A stretch of DNA of 64,000 bases, taken from the NCBI RefSeq assembly GCF_035084215.1, contig NC_090325.1:134850001-134914000 (forward strand), in the 5' to 3' direction. Of this stretch, positions 24,318-36,586 are shown piece by piece. The number at the start of each line of letters is the position of its first letter. Position 1 is the first letter of the stretch. Position numbers and translations under genes: made by a program. Below the pieces are notes generated by a model that saw only the letters and a list, made by a program, of their open reading frames with translations, made no database searches and was not told the DNA's origin. This stretch comes from Heptranchias perlo. Its lineage: Eukaryota.

Positions 24318-27300
24318 ATGTGTAAACGGCTGCTTGCAAAGGATCATGGGTAGACTTAACGGAATGTGGCCATTTAAAGGTAGGTGATTGCATAAAGGCA
24401 CAAAAATGTTAATATCCTTCACAAAGTCTAAGATTTTTTAAAGTATACTTCATCTGGTGCAAAAGCTGTTTGGTAAAAGAAAATGCTGGCAAGACCAATG
24501 GCTGGCACTGGTTCTGTAGCCAAGCATTAAAGCAGTGCAATTCTCAAACCTGCTGTGGCATTGAAGGAGAGTGGTCTTGTTTGCCATTTCTTGGCACTTT
24601 CCTCATAGGACTGCACTGCAGTATGCTTGGAAGGAGGCAGAGGAAAAGGACTTTAGTTAACCATTACTGCCACTGTCATTGTCAGGCCTATGTTGCATGT
24701 TAGTTGCAGGTATCATAGCAGAACACCTTTGTATGTGGCTCCCTGCTGTCCTGAATCCTGTGGTGCCAGTTCCACGTGTTCACTACCAGGTAGGTGCACC
24801 TGTAGATGTGGGTGGGGGGGGGGGACCATCAAGTGGATGCAGTCCCCCCACCCCGGTGCAGCCTACCTAACCTATCATCCTTCTGTTGCTCCTCCTCTTT
24901 TTCCTTCAAAAGAAAAAGAGGAATTCCCAGTGGAAAGCCCATTATCATTGGTATATGTAAGAACTGGTAGTGCTGGAACACAGTACTGACCGACTAAGTG
25001 GAAAGGAGAAAGAAACAAAAAAAAGCATGGGAGAAACTTTAGAAATAGCCTCAAAATGCTGCTACAAATCTTACGACAGGATTCTTTAGATGCATTTCCT
25101 TAAACAACACACCTAGCAGCTTTGCATGTCCATCTTATATGGGTTGATATATGACTGAGCACTGTACCCACAAATGCAGAGAAACTGTGTGGACATCCAA
25201 ATGGCATCAATGTGACCTAATTTTAATATAAACAAACTGCAAACTGGTGGGTGCTTCTGCCGCCAGTTCAAAATCTGACTGCGGTGCCAAATGGACAGAA
25301 ATTCAACGTGACAGATCACCACCCACGTTTCTGATCAGTTATGCCCACTTTATGCCTGTTCATCAGACATAACTGATTAAATAATCTACTCTCAGACATC
25401 ATGTTAAAAGAACAAAAGGATTTAGACAATAAACTAGGCAGCTCTAATAAATAACTCACATTGCTTGACAGCATTAAAACACTATTAAAAAATGTAATAG
25501 GTTTGCAAGTTATGAACTACCTGTTCATTAACTCGATGTTGTACCATGTGCCAACCTACATGGTACAATAACACTGTGTCCAAGTGCATAATGTCATGAT
25601 ACCAAACACTCCACCAGCAAAAAATAAAAAAACAGTAAATGGTTACAAAATCTGAAATCTGTATATATTATAAAGAATAACAGTCGAGGGCAGTAACATG
25701 ACAGCAACATATCTAATGACAGTGAGGGTTTCACTGTGATGTTTTATGACATTATTTCAACCCCTTGATGTATTACCATGTAATGACACATTGCATACTA
25801 TGCATAATACCATCTGCAACACCCTATTGTGAATCACCTATATATCACAACACAGCGACAGTCAATCTGCCTCCACAATATGATACACAATTACCGCCAA
25901 CACTTGCTCCCCCATAGTTAGTTCACTGATAGTCAACTGCTTTGTTGGATTCCCTGCCACAACAAGCTGATCATAAGAACCTGAAAAAATGCATGCAGTG
26001 AACCATCTGTCCAATTCCTGTGGATGGCTTGAAGAATTTACCCAGTGAGTAGCTAAGCCTTAGAATCATATAAAGAGGAATAAGCCATTTGGCCCCTCAA
26101 ACCTGCACTGCCATTTTGTTAGCTACGGCAGCTCTTTATCATTTTATTCCCAATTCCACTTCCTTCCTCCACATCCCTTAATACGCTTTCTTCCCAAGAG
26201 AGGCTATTCTGTGGCCACCGGCGTGAGCCCCGCATGGTGCGTTGCCTCCCTGGTGCCAGGGTAAAAGACATCACGGAGAGGGTGCAGAACATTCTGCAGG
26301 GGGAGGGGGAGCAGCCAGAATTCATGGTCCATGTGGGTACCAATGATATAGGAAGCAAAAGGAACGAGGTCCTGCGGTCAGAGTTTCAGGAGCTAGGGAG
26401 GAAGTTAAAAAGCAGGACCCCAAAGGTAGTAATCTATGAATTACTCCCAGTGCCACGGGCTAGTGAGAAATAGGAAGATAAGGCAGGTTAATGCATGGCT
26501 AGAGACATGGTGCAAGAGGGAGGGCTTCAGATTCTTGGGGCATTGTGACCAGTTCTGGGGCAGGAGGGACCTGTTCAAGACGGACGGGTTGCACCTCAAC
26601 AGAGCTGGAACCAATGCCTTCATGGGGAGTTCAACTAGTGCTGTGGGGGAGGGTTTAAATTTATGTGGCAGAGGGATGGGCATCAGGATGTAGCATTAGA
26701 AAGGATAAACAAGGTGCACAAAAGATTGGGAGAGATAGATAGCACTAGAGTAAAAAATAGTACAGTATTAGGTGGGATCAGACTAAGAGAGAATATGAGA
26801 AGGTCTAAGATAGGTTTAGAGTGCATGTGTGTAAACGCATGAAGCGTGATAAATAAGGTTGGTGAGCTGCAGGTGCAAATAGCCACATGGGAATATGATG
26901 TAGTGGTGATAACGGACACCTGGCTCAAAAAAGGTCAGGATTGGGTACTAAATATTCCTGGATACAAGGTGTTCAGGAAAGATAGGGAAGGAAAAAAAGG
27001 AGGGGGTGGTGGCAGTATTGATTAAAGAGAATATGGCAGTGCTGCAGAGAGGATGTCCTTGAGGGGTCAAATTCAGAATCTATTTGGTTAGAGTTAAGAA
27101 ACAGTAGAGGTGCCATTACACTACTGGGTGTATTCTATAGACCACCAACTAGTGGGAAGGATATAGAGGAGCAAATTTGCAAGGAAATTACAGAGAGGTG
27201 CAAGAACTACAGAGTAGTGATAATGGGGGACTTCAACTATCCTAATATAGACCGGGATAGTAATAGTGTAAAAGACAAAGAGGAGAAGGAATTTATGAAG

Positions 27301-29498
27301 TGTGTTCAGGAGAACTTTCTTGATCAGTATGTTTCCGGCCCAACGAGGAAGGGGGCATTGCTGGATCTAGTTTTGGGGAATGAGGTGGGTCAAGTGGAGC
27401 AATTGGGGGAACATTTAAGGAACAGTGATCATAGAAACATAAGGTTTAGATTAATTATGGAAAAGAACAAGAAGCAATCTAGAGTAAAAATACTTAATTG
27501 GAGGAGGGCCAATTTCAGTGGGTTGAGAACGGATCTGGCCCGGGTAAACTGGAATCAAAGATTGGCAGGCAAAACTGAAATTGAACAATGGGTAGCTTTT
27601 AAAGAAGAGTCTAGATACATTCCCACGAGGGGGAAAGGTGGAGCAACCAAAGCCAAACCTCCCTGGGTGACTAAAGAGATAGAGAGCAAGATGAAGCAGA
27701 AAACGGGGGGGGCGGGGAGGGGGGGTATGACAGATGTCAGGTTGTTAATACAAGTGAGAATCAGGCTGAGTATAGAAAGTTCAGTGAGGAAGTAAAAAAG
27801 GAAATAAGAGGGTCAAAGTGAGAGTATGTGAATAGACTGGCAGCTAACATAAAAGAGAATCCAAAAACTTCTATAGGCATATAAATAGTAAACGGGTAGT
27901 AAGAGGACAGGTGGGACTGATTAGGGACCAAGAAAGGAGATCTAAGCATGGAGGCAGAGGACATGGCTGAGTTACTAAATGAGTACTTTGTGTCTGTCTT
28001 TACCAAGGAAAAAGATGCTGCCAAAGTCACAGTAAAAGAGCAGGTAGTTGAGATACTGGATCGGCTAAAAATTGATAAAGAAGAGGTACTAGAAAGGCTA
28101 GCTGTACTTAAAGTAAATAAGTCACTGGTCCGGATGGGATGCATCCTAGGTTGCTGAGGGAAGTAAGGGTGGAAATTGCATAGGTGCTCGCCATAATCTT
28201 CCAATCCTCCTCAGATATGAGGGTGGTGCCAGAGGACTGGAGGATTGCAAATGTTACAACCTTTGTTCAAAAAAGGGTGTAAGGATAAACCCAGCAACTA
28301 CAGGCCAGTCAGTTTAACCTCGGTGGTGGGGAAGCTTTTAGAAACAATAATCCAGGACAAAATTAAGTCGCTTGGACAAGTGTGGATTAATAAAGGAAAG
28401 CCAGCACGGATTTGTTAAAGGCAAATTGCGTTTAACTAACTTGATTGAGTTTTTTGATGAGATAGCAGAGAGGGTTGATGAGGGCAATGCAGTTGATGTT
28501 GTGTATATGGACTTTCAAAAGATGTTTAATAAAGTGCCACATAATAGGCTTGTCAGCAAAATTGAGGCCCAAGGAATAAAAGGGGCAGTGGCAACGTGGA
28601 TACGAAATTGGCTAAGTAACAGGAAACATAGAGTAGTGGTCAGCGTTTGTTTTTTGGACTGCAGGAAGGTGTGCAGTTGTGTTCCCCAGGGGTCAGTACT
28701 AGGACCACTGCTTTTTTTGATATATATTAATGCCTTGGACTTGGGTGTACAGGACACATTTACAGATGACACAAAATTTGGAAGTGTAGTAAACAATAAG
28801 GAGGATAGTAATAGACTTCAAGAGGACACAGACAGGCTGGTGGAATGGGCGGACACATAGCAGATCAAATTTAATGCAGAGAAGTGCAAAGTGATACATT
28901 TTGGCAGGAAGAATGAGGAGAGGCAATATAAACTAAATGGTACAATTCTAAAGGGGGTGTAGAAACAGAGAGATCTGGGGATATGTGCACAAATCTTTGA
29001 AGTTGGCAGGACAGGTTGAGAAAGCGGTTAAAAAAAGCATACAAGATCTTGGGCTTTATAAATAGAGGCATACGGGACAAAAGCAAGGAAGTTATATTGA
29101 ACCTTTATAAAACACTGGTTCGGCCACAGCTGGAGTATTGTGTCCAATTCTGGGCACCGCACTTTAGGAAGGATGTGAAGGCCTGAGAAAGGATGCAGAA
29201 AAGATTTACCAGAATGGTTCCAGGGATGAGGGACTTCAGTTACGTGTATAGATTGGAGAAGCTGGGGTTGTTCTACTTTGAGCAGAGAAGGTTAAGAGGA
29301 GATTTGATAGAAGTGTTCAAAATCATGAAGGGTTTAGATAAAGTAAATAAAGAGAAACTGTTCCATTGGCGGAAGGGTCGTGAACTAGAGGACACAGATT
29401 TAAGTTGATTGGCAAAAAAAAACAAAGACGACATGAGGAAAAACTTTTTTACACAGCAAGTAGTTATGATCTGGAATGCACTGCCTGAAAGGATGTTG

Positions 29499-29755
29499 TG
29501 GAGATGCCGGTGATGGACTGGGGTTGACAATTGTAAACAATTTTACAACACCAAGTTATAGTCCAACAATTTTATTTGAAATTCACAAGCTTTCGGAGGC
29601 TTGCTCCTTCCTCAGGTGAATGTTGTGGAGTTCACCTGAGGTGAATGTTGTGGAGTTCACAACATTCACCTGAGGAAGGAGGAAGCCTCCAAAAGCTTGT
29701 GAATTTCAAATAAAATTGTTGGACTATAACTTGGTGTTGTAAAATTGTTTACAAT
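29499..29755 (-). mobile_element. Penelope-like 3'-end insertion with 100-bp inverted arms (29528-29627 / 29658-29757), inside CR1
   Basis: Perfect 13-bp TSD tgaaaggatgttg (29486-29498 / 29756-29768); CR1 sequence resumes after it. Confidence 0.85.
29583..29619 (-). ncRNA. Minimal hammerhead ribozyme motif
   Basis: TCAC-CTGAGGA-A-GGAG-CAAGC-CTCC-GAAA-GCTT-GTGA. Confidence 0.72.
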
Positions 29756-30464
29756 TGAAAGGATGTTGGAAGCAGATTCAATGGTGGCTTTCAAAAAGAA
29801 ATTGGATAAATACTTAGAGAGAAAAAATTTGCAGGGCTACGGGGAAAGAGCGGGGAGTGGGACTAACTGGATTGCTCTTACAAAGAACTGGCACAGGCTC
29901 AACGGGCCGAATGGCCTCCTTCTATGCTGTAACCATTCTATGATACTATGTATCTACGAACATACAAAACTGACAGGCAGGAAAAGACCAGCTAGTCCAT
30001 CAAGCCTGCCCCATGCTGGCTTGAACATCATAACTAGACACTTCCCACCCTCCCTCGCCCCCAGCTCCACGGTCATCTAATCTCCAGGGAGAGGCAAAAA
30101 AACAGCGATAAAAACCCAGGGCCAATAAGGGAAAATTCATCTCCAACCCCCTCAGGCAATCTAAAGCCATCCAGGAGATCACATTGTCCAAGTGTTATCT
30201 ATAAAGATATTTACCTTCTATATGATGCGATCTCTGCCCCAGTCCAGAACCGGCCCAGCTCCCTCTGGTATATAGCAGGTCATTTGTATACAGAGTGAAA
30301 ATTTAGGGCACTAGTACTGATGCGTGGAAGACACAACTGTTCACTGCTCACCAATCTGGGAATGTTGCTTTTATCCCAGCATTCTGCCTCCTATCTCTCA
30401 TCCAATGTTTTACTCATAATATGGGGTTGTCTCCAACTCCAGGTGCCTCAATTTTAGCCAGTAA

Positions 30465-30805
30465 TCTCTCACAGGCCAGGAAAGTCTTAGATTCGATTCC
30501 CGCTCTTTGCTTTGTTAATTGATCTCAGCTGGGACAGCAATTGGGATGCTACAATTGCTTCAACGCCCCTAGGCTAGGAATGGGAAAAATCAGCCAGAGT
30601 GCCCACCCTTGATCACTATCCAGTAACTCCTGGACATGTGTGAACATCAGGTGAGTATAGGATCAGGCTTGGCTGTGCTGCAGTCCATGGTTGAATAGCC
30701 TACTGCCCTGGTGAACACATGAAAAGGTATCAGAAGGCAGTTGGTGCATGTGAAACCAAATGCTAGCATGAGTCCATGCGGAGTGGAGAGGAGGAGAATA
30801 GAAAA
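30465..30805 (+). mobile_element. LF-SINE-like element
   Basis: gatctcagc, gctacaattg, aaaatcagccag, gatcactatccagtaac, ggcttggctgtg blocks. Confidence 0.7.
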
Positions 30806-31819
30806 CATCATCAATTTTGATTCTACTGCCTCTGATGATTCTGCAGCTATAAATTCTACTGGACTCAAAATGTCTAATCTATAACATTGACACAGGCTCG
30901 AGAGACATGGCCGGAAGTTCTTCAATATGGTTTTTATAGCTCTAACCTCACGCTGGCATCAAACTACTGAAATGGTGGGCAGCACAATTCCACGGTTGCA
31001 GAAAGTGGGCTGCTGGCAGTCACATTTTCACACCACGTTCCCCACCCTCCTCTTGCCCCTTGGTTAGTGAAACCACTTCAAATATGTCATGTGTTGCTTA
31101 ACTTTTTTTTCATATTTACTAAAACAATTTCAGCACACAAGTGATATTTCCATTTTATAGTAGGGTTGGGCACAGAAGGAGGCCATTCGGCCCATCGTGC
31201 CTGAGCCGGCTCTTTGAACTAGTCTGCATAATAAACACAGTAGTACTCCTGTTCCTATCAAGTACCCTGTTTATACCACTTTTAAAAAGAAAATGTTATT
31301 CGGCATAAAAAGTGGAATTTTCAGTTTTGCTTACATTAATGCGACAGTTTTACTCAAACAGATCAATTTGCAAATAGCTTTGCTGGGCACACACCTGCAT
31401 CTCAGTGTGGCGTGGCAAACACACTTGACCAGCTCACAAAATGTGCTTATTTACTTATGATAACCTAAAGTGTGACAGGTACTAAAACCTTGAATACTCT
31501 TTACAGTGGTGTTTAATCCACAATACTGCCTTGTTCTCCCCCAGTCATATCCAGGATAACATGGAATATCATTTTGATAGTCTGTATATAATCAAATAGG
31601 AGACTTAAAATTATTTTGAAAACCTACTGCACCTGATCGTATCTATAATATAACGGCATTAATCTTTGCACTACTGGGGCTTGATTAATCAGAAAAAAAC
31701 GGCCTTTGAAAACAGTTTGCAGACAAAGGACAATATTCCATCCAAAGGAGCTCCCACATCAAAGTTAATGGTGCAAGGCAAAACATTAAGTACAATGTTT
31801 TAAAATGAAAGCTTTCCTG

Positions 31820-32212
31820 ATGCAGTGAGTAGTTCAGCCATAAAGACCAGGAAAGGTTCAAGTTTAATCTGTTGAGTTAACTAATCTGTCAGGAGCCAGT
31901 AAGATAGTTGGGGGTCTACAAAAGGCTTCAGTGTCTCTCAGGCAGGGAGAGAGAATCACAAAAAAGTCAGCCAGAGTTCCTATTCCTGATCATTATCAAG
32001 TAACTGCTGTGTTCTTAGATGTCCGGAGTACAGGATTGAGGTGGGATGCAATACTGCCACGGTCGGATTGCTTCCCGACGTTCACTGATGGGCTCACACA
32101 TGGGGAATGGTCACTTGGATGGAGTACTAGAAGGTGCCTAGCAGTCACGGAATTGTACTTCAGGAAGGAGTTGGCACTCCCAAGAGGAGAGGGAACAAGA
32201 AAAAAATTGGCA
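31820..32212 (+). mobile_element. LF-SINE-like element, near full length
   Basis: Same block order, ending aggagttggcactcccaagaggagagggaacaagaaaaaaattgg. Confidence 0.7.
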
Positions 32213-32670
32213 GGAGAAAACATTTTTATAAAATGGTACATTCTACACTTGGACCAAATTTCTAACTGTCCAGACATATCTGTATGCCGAATTTTTTTCA
32301 TCCAATAAAATTTAGAGCTCATCAAGTCTGCAGTTTTTTTTCCTCCACTCAAATGCTGGTTCCCCATACTTTAATATTCCTCTTTTCAAGCTACCATCTA
32401 AAAGGAATTTATGGACTCTGATTTAACAACAGTTTGTAGCAGAGAATTCCCCATTCTAACTACTCTCTGTGTAAACAAATTATTCCTAACCTATCGAAAC
32501 CACAAACTCTTCTACGAGCCAACTTCTTAAAATCTTCTAATTTCTTACTGCTGCAGTAAATCAATACCATTATGTAGCAACATAAGCATTAGATAATTTA
32601 CTCTGAAATCCATGTTTCATTTTAAATCACTAACCTAGACAAGACATTAACTCATGTAAATTGTACTTAC

Positions 32671-32756
32671 AGGAACACTAACTGTTCGAAATATTTCTGC
32701 TGCTCTCTGTGCATCCAACAAAGCAATGTCCTGGGGAGTAGAAACAACAACTGCTC
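32671..32756 (-). CDS. NUBPL: Internal coding exon of NUBPL (Ind1, Mrp/NBP35 family mitochondrial Fe-S cluster carrier), equivalent to human exon 8
   Basis: Translates (phase 1) as [29 protein letters not shown], matching the recalled human NUBPL segment [29 protein letters not shown]. Flanked by acceptor ctttcctttag and donor gtaagt; 86 bp long. Confidence 0.93.
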
Positions 32757-33959
32757 CTAAAGGAAAGTACAGTAAAGCCCCATTAGAACACCATCTTTTG
32801 GAGCCATGCGAAAAGCATTTTGGAAAAGGAGTGTAAAATGTAGTCTTTCTGTGGGTGATGAAGTCATAAGCATGCATGTCGTATCATAGCTCATGAAGTG
32901 CTTCTACTCTAATTACACCATGCTATTAATTGCTGCAGCTGAAAATGTTGAAGTTTAATATTTTAATTTACTACATTACTTAAAAAAGTAATGATTATGA
33001 TAGTTCATATAAATCCTGAAACTTGAAAAGTGATTGTAGCAGAGACCTGGTGGTTCTGCATGTTTGTGTATCAAAAGGCTGTGCCAATGGCGATTCCTCA
33101 CATTAGGAGTTGCTGAACTCAAGGCAACCCAATAACGATGTGGTATTGAATGGAGGCCAGATGGATAAGTCACAAGTGACTCTTGCTGTTTTCCTATTCC
33201 CAACTACAGTGCCTCATTAACAGTGATATGGTACAAGGTTGCATGTCTGTGCATTTGGCCCTGAAATAGGGATGTTTTAAGGATACAAATTTGCTTTACA
33301 GCATTCCCATTTTGCAATTTAAAGGGAACCAGGAGATTGATGAGAAGAAATAAATGACCAAATTCAGTTAATATATACAATGAGGTGGCAATTCAATGTT
33401 GTTCTTTCCCTCCTCTCCTCTTGCTGAGATACAGATCCAATGAGCCCACATTGGCTACAGCATTGGTGAATCTAGCACTGATGGAAGTCCATCAAATTTA
33501 GTCGTAGATACAGGTAGCAGACTTTTCTATCCCCTGTAGCCTGTACTCCCTATATCCATAGTTAGCTATGCAGCCACCCACCAGTCCACTGGGGGAGCAT
33601 TTAAAAGTAGGCCATATGCAAAAGCAACACAGAAAACTGTACAGCACAAAAAGGACAAACATGGGAGCAAAACACATTAAATGCTAGCGTTATACAACTG
33701 GATAAACCAAATGCACTTTTACTACATCTTGCAATCTTTCACTTCTTTGTTGGAAATAAAATGTCAGTTAATTAAAAGTAAACATAACATGCAATTCTCT
33801 GCAAAAAGTAAATGAATGAACCAGACAGCAGTTATAGCGATTGTAAATATGTCCAGTAGAATGTAACAGATTGCAATTGCAAAGCTCACTGGAAGAACCA
33901 GACAACAAGCTCCTTGCACAGATGTTTTCCTGTCTGCAGTAGCTGATGTGCTTGTGGTA

Positions 33960-34450
33960 GCAGCAGCATACCATTGACACTCCTGGTCTTCCATGGCTAA
34001 CAGCTCTTCTTCATTCAAGTCCACGATGAGGTCTGTGTTTATTGCCAAGATTGTGTAGCATGCAATATACTTGTATAATTCTGCAGACCCTCTCTAAAGC
34101 CTATTATAAGGTGTTTCACAACTCCAACTGGTCCAAGTATCTAAAATGTTGTTTCAGCACCCCAATTTATTATCCTGGTCCACCCATGTGCCTCGTTACA
34201 TCTGATCTCTGTTCAGGTATGGAGGTTGTGCAGAGGTGTCGTCAGCCATGATTGCATCACACAGCCCACATCTCCAAGAAACCAGCCGTCCATCTTTCCT
34301 TCTTCTTCAAAGATCTGGGTCATAGTGGATTGCCTCAGAATGAAAGCATCATATCCACCCTCAGCATTTGTGAATTGAGGTATATTATTTTCTTGTGGCG
34401 GCTGAGTACTATTTACACAATGATCGAACAATTGCTCTTGCCATAAGGTT
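33960..34450 (-). pseudogene. Harbinger/HARBI1-type DDE transposase remnant
   Basis: YDAFILRQS..GWFLGD.G..WLTTPL, then after frameshifts YNEAH, GVLKQHFRYLD, ERVCRII..CMLHNL and an acidic tail. Confidence 0.85.
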
Positions 34451-34454
34451 GCTG

Positions 34455-34610
34455 GTGGACGTACATAGTTGTTTGAAAAAGAGGAATGTGAAAGGGTGTT
34501 GGAATCCAGCAGGAGAGTGTGATTAGCTTAGGTTTCTCATATGGAGGATAACACTGACCGAGACTTGATGGGCCAAACCGCCTGTTTTTGTGCTGTAACA
34601 TTGTACAATT
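34455..34610 (+). mobile_element. CR1-type 3' end
   Basis: gatgggccaaaccgcctgtttttgtgctgtaac 3'UTR stem-loop region. Confidence 0.6.
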
Positions 34611-35759
34611 CTATATGTACAGTCAATGATTCCCTGTATTTTAGGACTGTGATCAGCTGGTAAAAAAAACTGTTGCTGCTGCCGATCACTGTTTATATGG
34701 TGGGTGATATAGGACTTCCATTAGCTCCTTAATGGAGCAGTAAATGACAAAGTGATTGACTCCTGAGATTGTACCACTGTGGGTTCCTAGAAAGTCCTTG
34801 TGGCCTAAAAGTTAAGGACAGTGGTGACCTTTACTGCTATTGGTAATGGAGTACAGATGTTTTACTGTCCCAACAGGCCTTCTTAAACCAGATGGCACAT
34901 TTCAATCACAGTCTCCCTGCTGATCCAAAGCCTCAAACCCCTCCCCCCTCAAAAGACCCACCCTTGACCATTCTGCCCTTGCAAACTGCTGCCCACTCTT
35001 CAACCTTTCTATCCTCTCCAAATCTATGCCCTTCTCTCTCTTGCAATTCCCCGTGGTTAATTTTCATGTGGAGCATAAAGTACTTCAAGCAGGCAGTGGG
35101 CAGGGTGTCCTTTCTACCCACCTGACTAAATCGGCAGATGGCCAGATTGTGGTCAGGCCTCATTTGAATACAACAGGCAAGCTGCCAGCACTAATCACGC
35201 ACCTTATATACAGCTTTTCAATTGGGAGGGCAGGAAATCTGGCGGGCGGCCGCCACTTAGAGGCAGACCGCAGCCCTTAAAAGGGAGATGCACTTTTCGA
35301 TGATGGTCAGTGAAGAGTGAGTTATTGAAGAAGCATGCCCCCTGATTCTCTAATGCAGCCATGGAAATACTCATATAGAAAGTGAGGAAACAGGAAGGAG
35401 GTCTTCTTTTCCTTCAATGGGCAACATTTGACCCAAAAAATTAGCCACCAATGATAGAGAAGTAGGACCTCATGGGTGGTTATCTCAGGATTACTATCTG
35501 AGCCACATGCTAATTGGCATAGGGATAGACAGATCATGAAGGTGAACGCGTGGCTGAGAGACTGGTAAGGGTAGGAGGGGTTCCATTTCATGGGACACAG
35601 GCACCAGTACTGGGAGAGGAAGGAGCTGTACTGTTGGGATGGGCTCCATCTGAACTGGAATGGGACCAGTGTCCTAGTGGAAAGGATAAACAGGACTGAG
35701 GATAGGACTTTAAACCAGTAAGAGGGGGGAGGGGGGATCTGGTGAAAATAATATAAGTC

Positions 35760-35966
35760 TGGAACGAGCTGCCAGAGGCAGTAGTAGAGGCGGGTACAAT
35801 TTTGTCTTTTAAAAAGCATTTGGACAGTTACATGGGTAAGATGGGTATAGAGGGATATGGGCCAAGTGCATATGGGACTAGCTTAGTGGTATAAACTGGG
35901 CGACATGGACATGTTGGGCCGAAGGGCCTGTTTCCATGTTGTAACTTCTATGATTCTATGATTCTA
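35760..35966 (+). mobile_element. Nested CR1 3' end
   Basis: tggaacgagctgccagagg ... ttgggccgaagggcctg ... (ttctatga)3 tail. Confidence 0.8.
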
Positions 35967-36422
35967 TGAAGATAAAAGAAATAGAAGATGACAATAAAGG
36001 TCAGACCAAGGTAAAGAATAAGGGTAACATAAACTGTCAGGGAACAAATACAGTTATAGAACATAAGTACAAAATGACTGTTAAAAATAAAGTGAGGGGA
36101 GCAATCATTAAAAACAATTTAAATTGCCTGACAGCAATGTACACAGCATCCAAAACAAAATGGGGGAAGTGGAGGCAATAATTTGTAGCGAGGAGCCAGA
36201 TGTTGTAGGGATAACTGAAACATGGCTACATAAAGAACAGGACTGGGAGTTAAATATTGCAGGATATTATATATTTAGAAAGGATAGGGAAGTAAGGAGG
36301 GGCAATGGGGTAGCTGTACTAATTAGAGACAACATAATGACAATAGAAAAAGGGACAAAAGTATATTAAGATAGAAACAGAATCCATCAGGATTGAGACA
36401 AAAGATAAGGGACCGATCACAT

Positions 36423-36586
36423 TTCCTAGAAGTAAAGGGAATTAGGGGTTACGGGGAGCGGGCAGGAAATTGGACATGAATTTAGATTTGAGGTTAGGAT
36501 CAGATCAGCCATGATCTTATTGAATGGCGGAGCAGGCTGGAGGGGCCGATTGGCCTACTCCTGCTCCTATTTCTTATGTTCTTATT
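36423..36586 (+). mobile_element. Nested CR1 3'UTR
   Basis: gatcagccatgatcttattgaatggcggagcagg...ttcttatgttctta; absent at the homologous position 21370. Confidence 0.85.

Larger units (their letters stand above)
26195..29945 (+). mobile_element. Near full-length decayed CR1 LINE: ORF1 SGNH/GDSL esterase part plus ORF2 APE-RT
   Basis: CLPGARV..VHVGTND and DGLHLN (esterase); MGDFNYP, LLDLVL, VPQGSVLGP, FTDDTK; stops and frameshifts; ttctatga tail. Confidence 0.95.

Noticed and set aside
20914-35968. Two CR1 copies appearing to start at the same inter-ORF position
   Set aside because: The second copy continues upstream past a nested insertion, so the shared start is probably coincidental.
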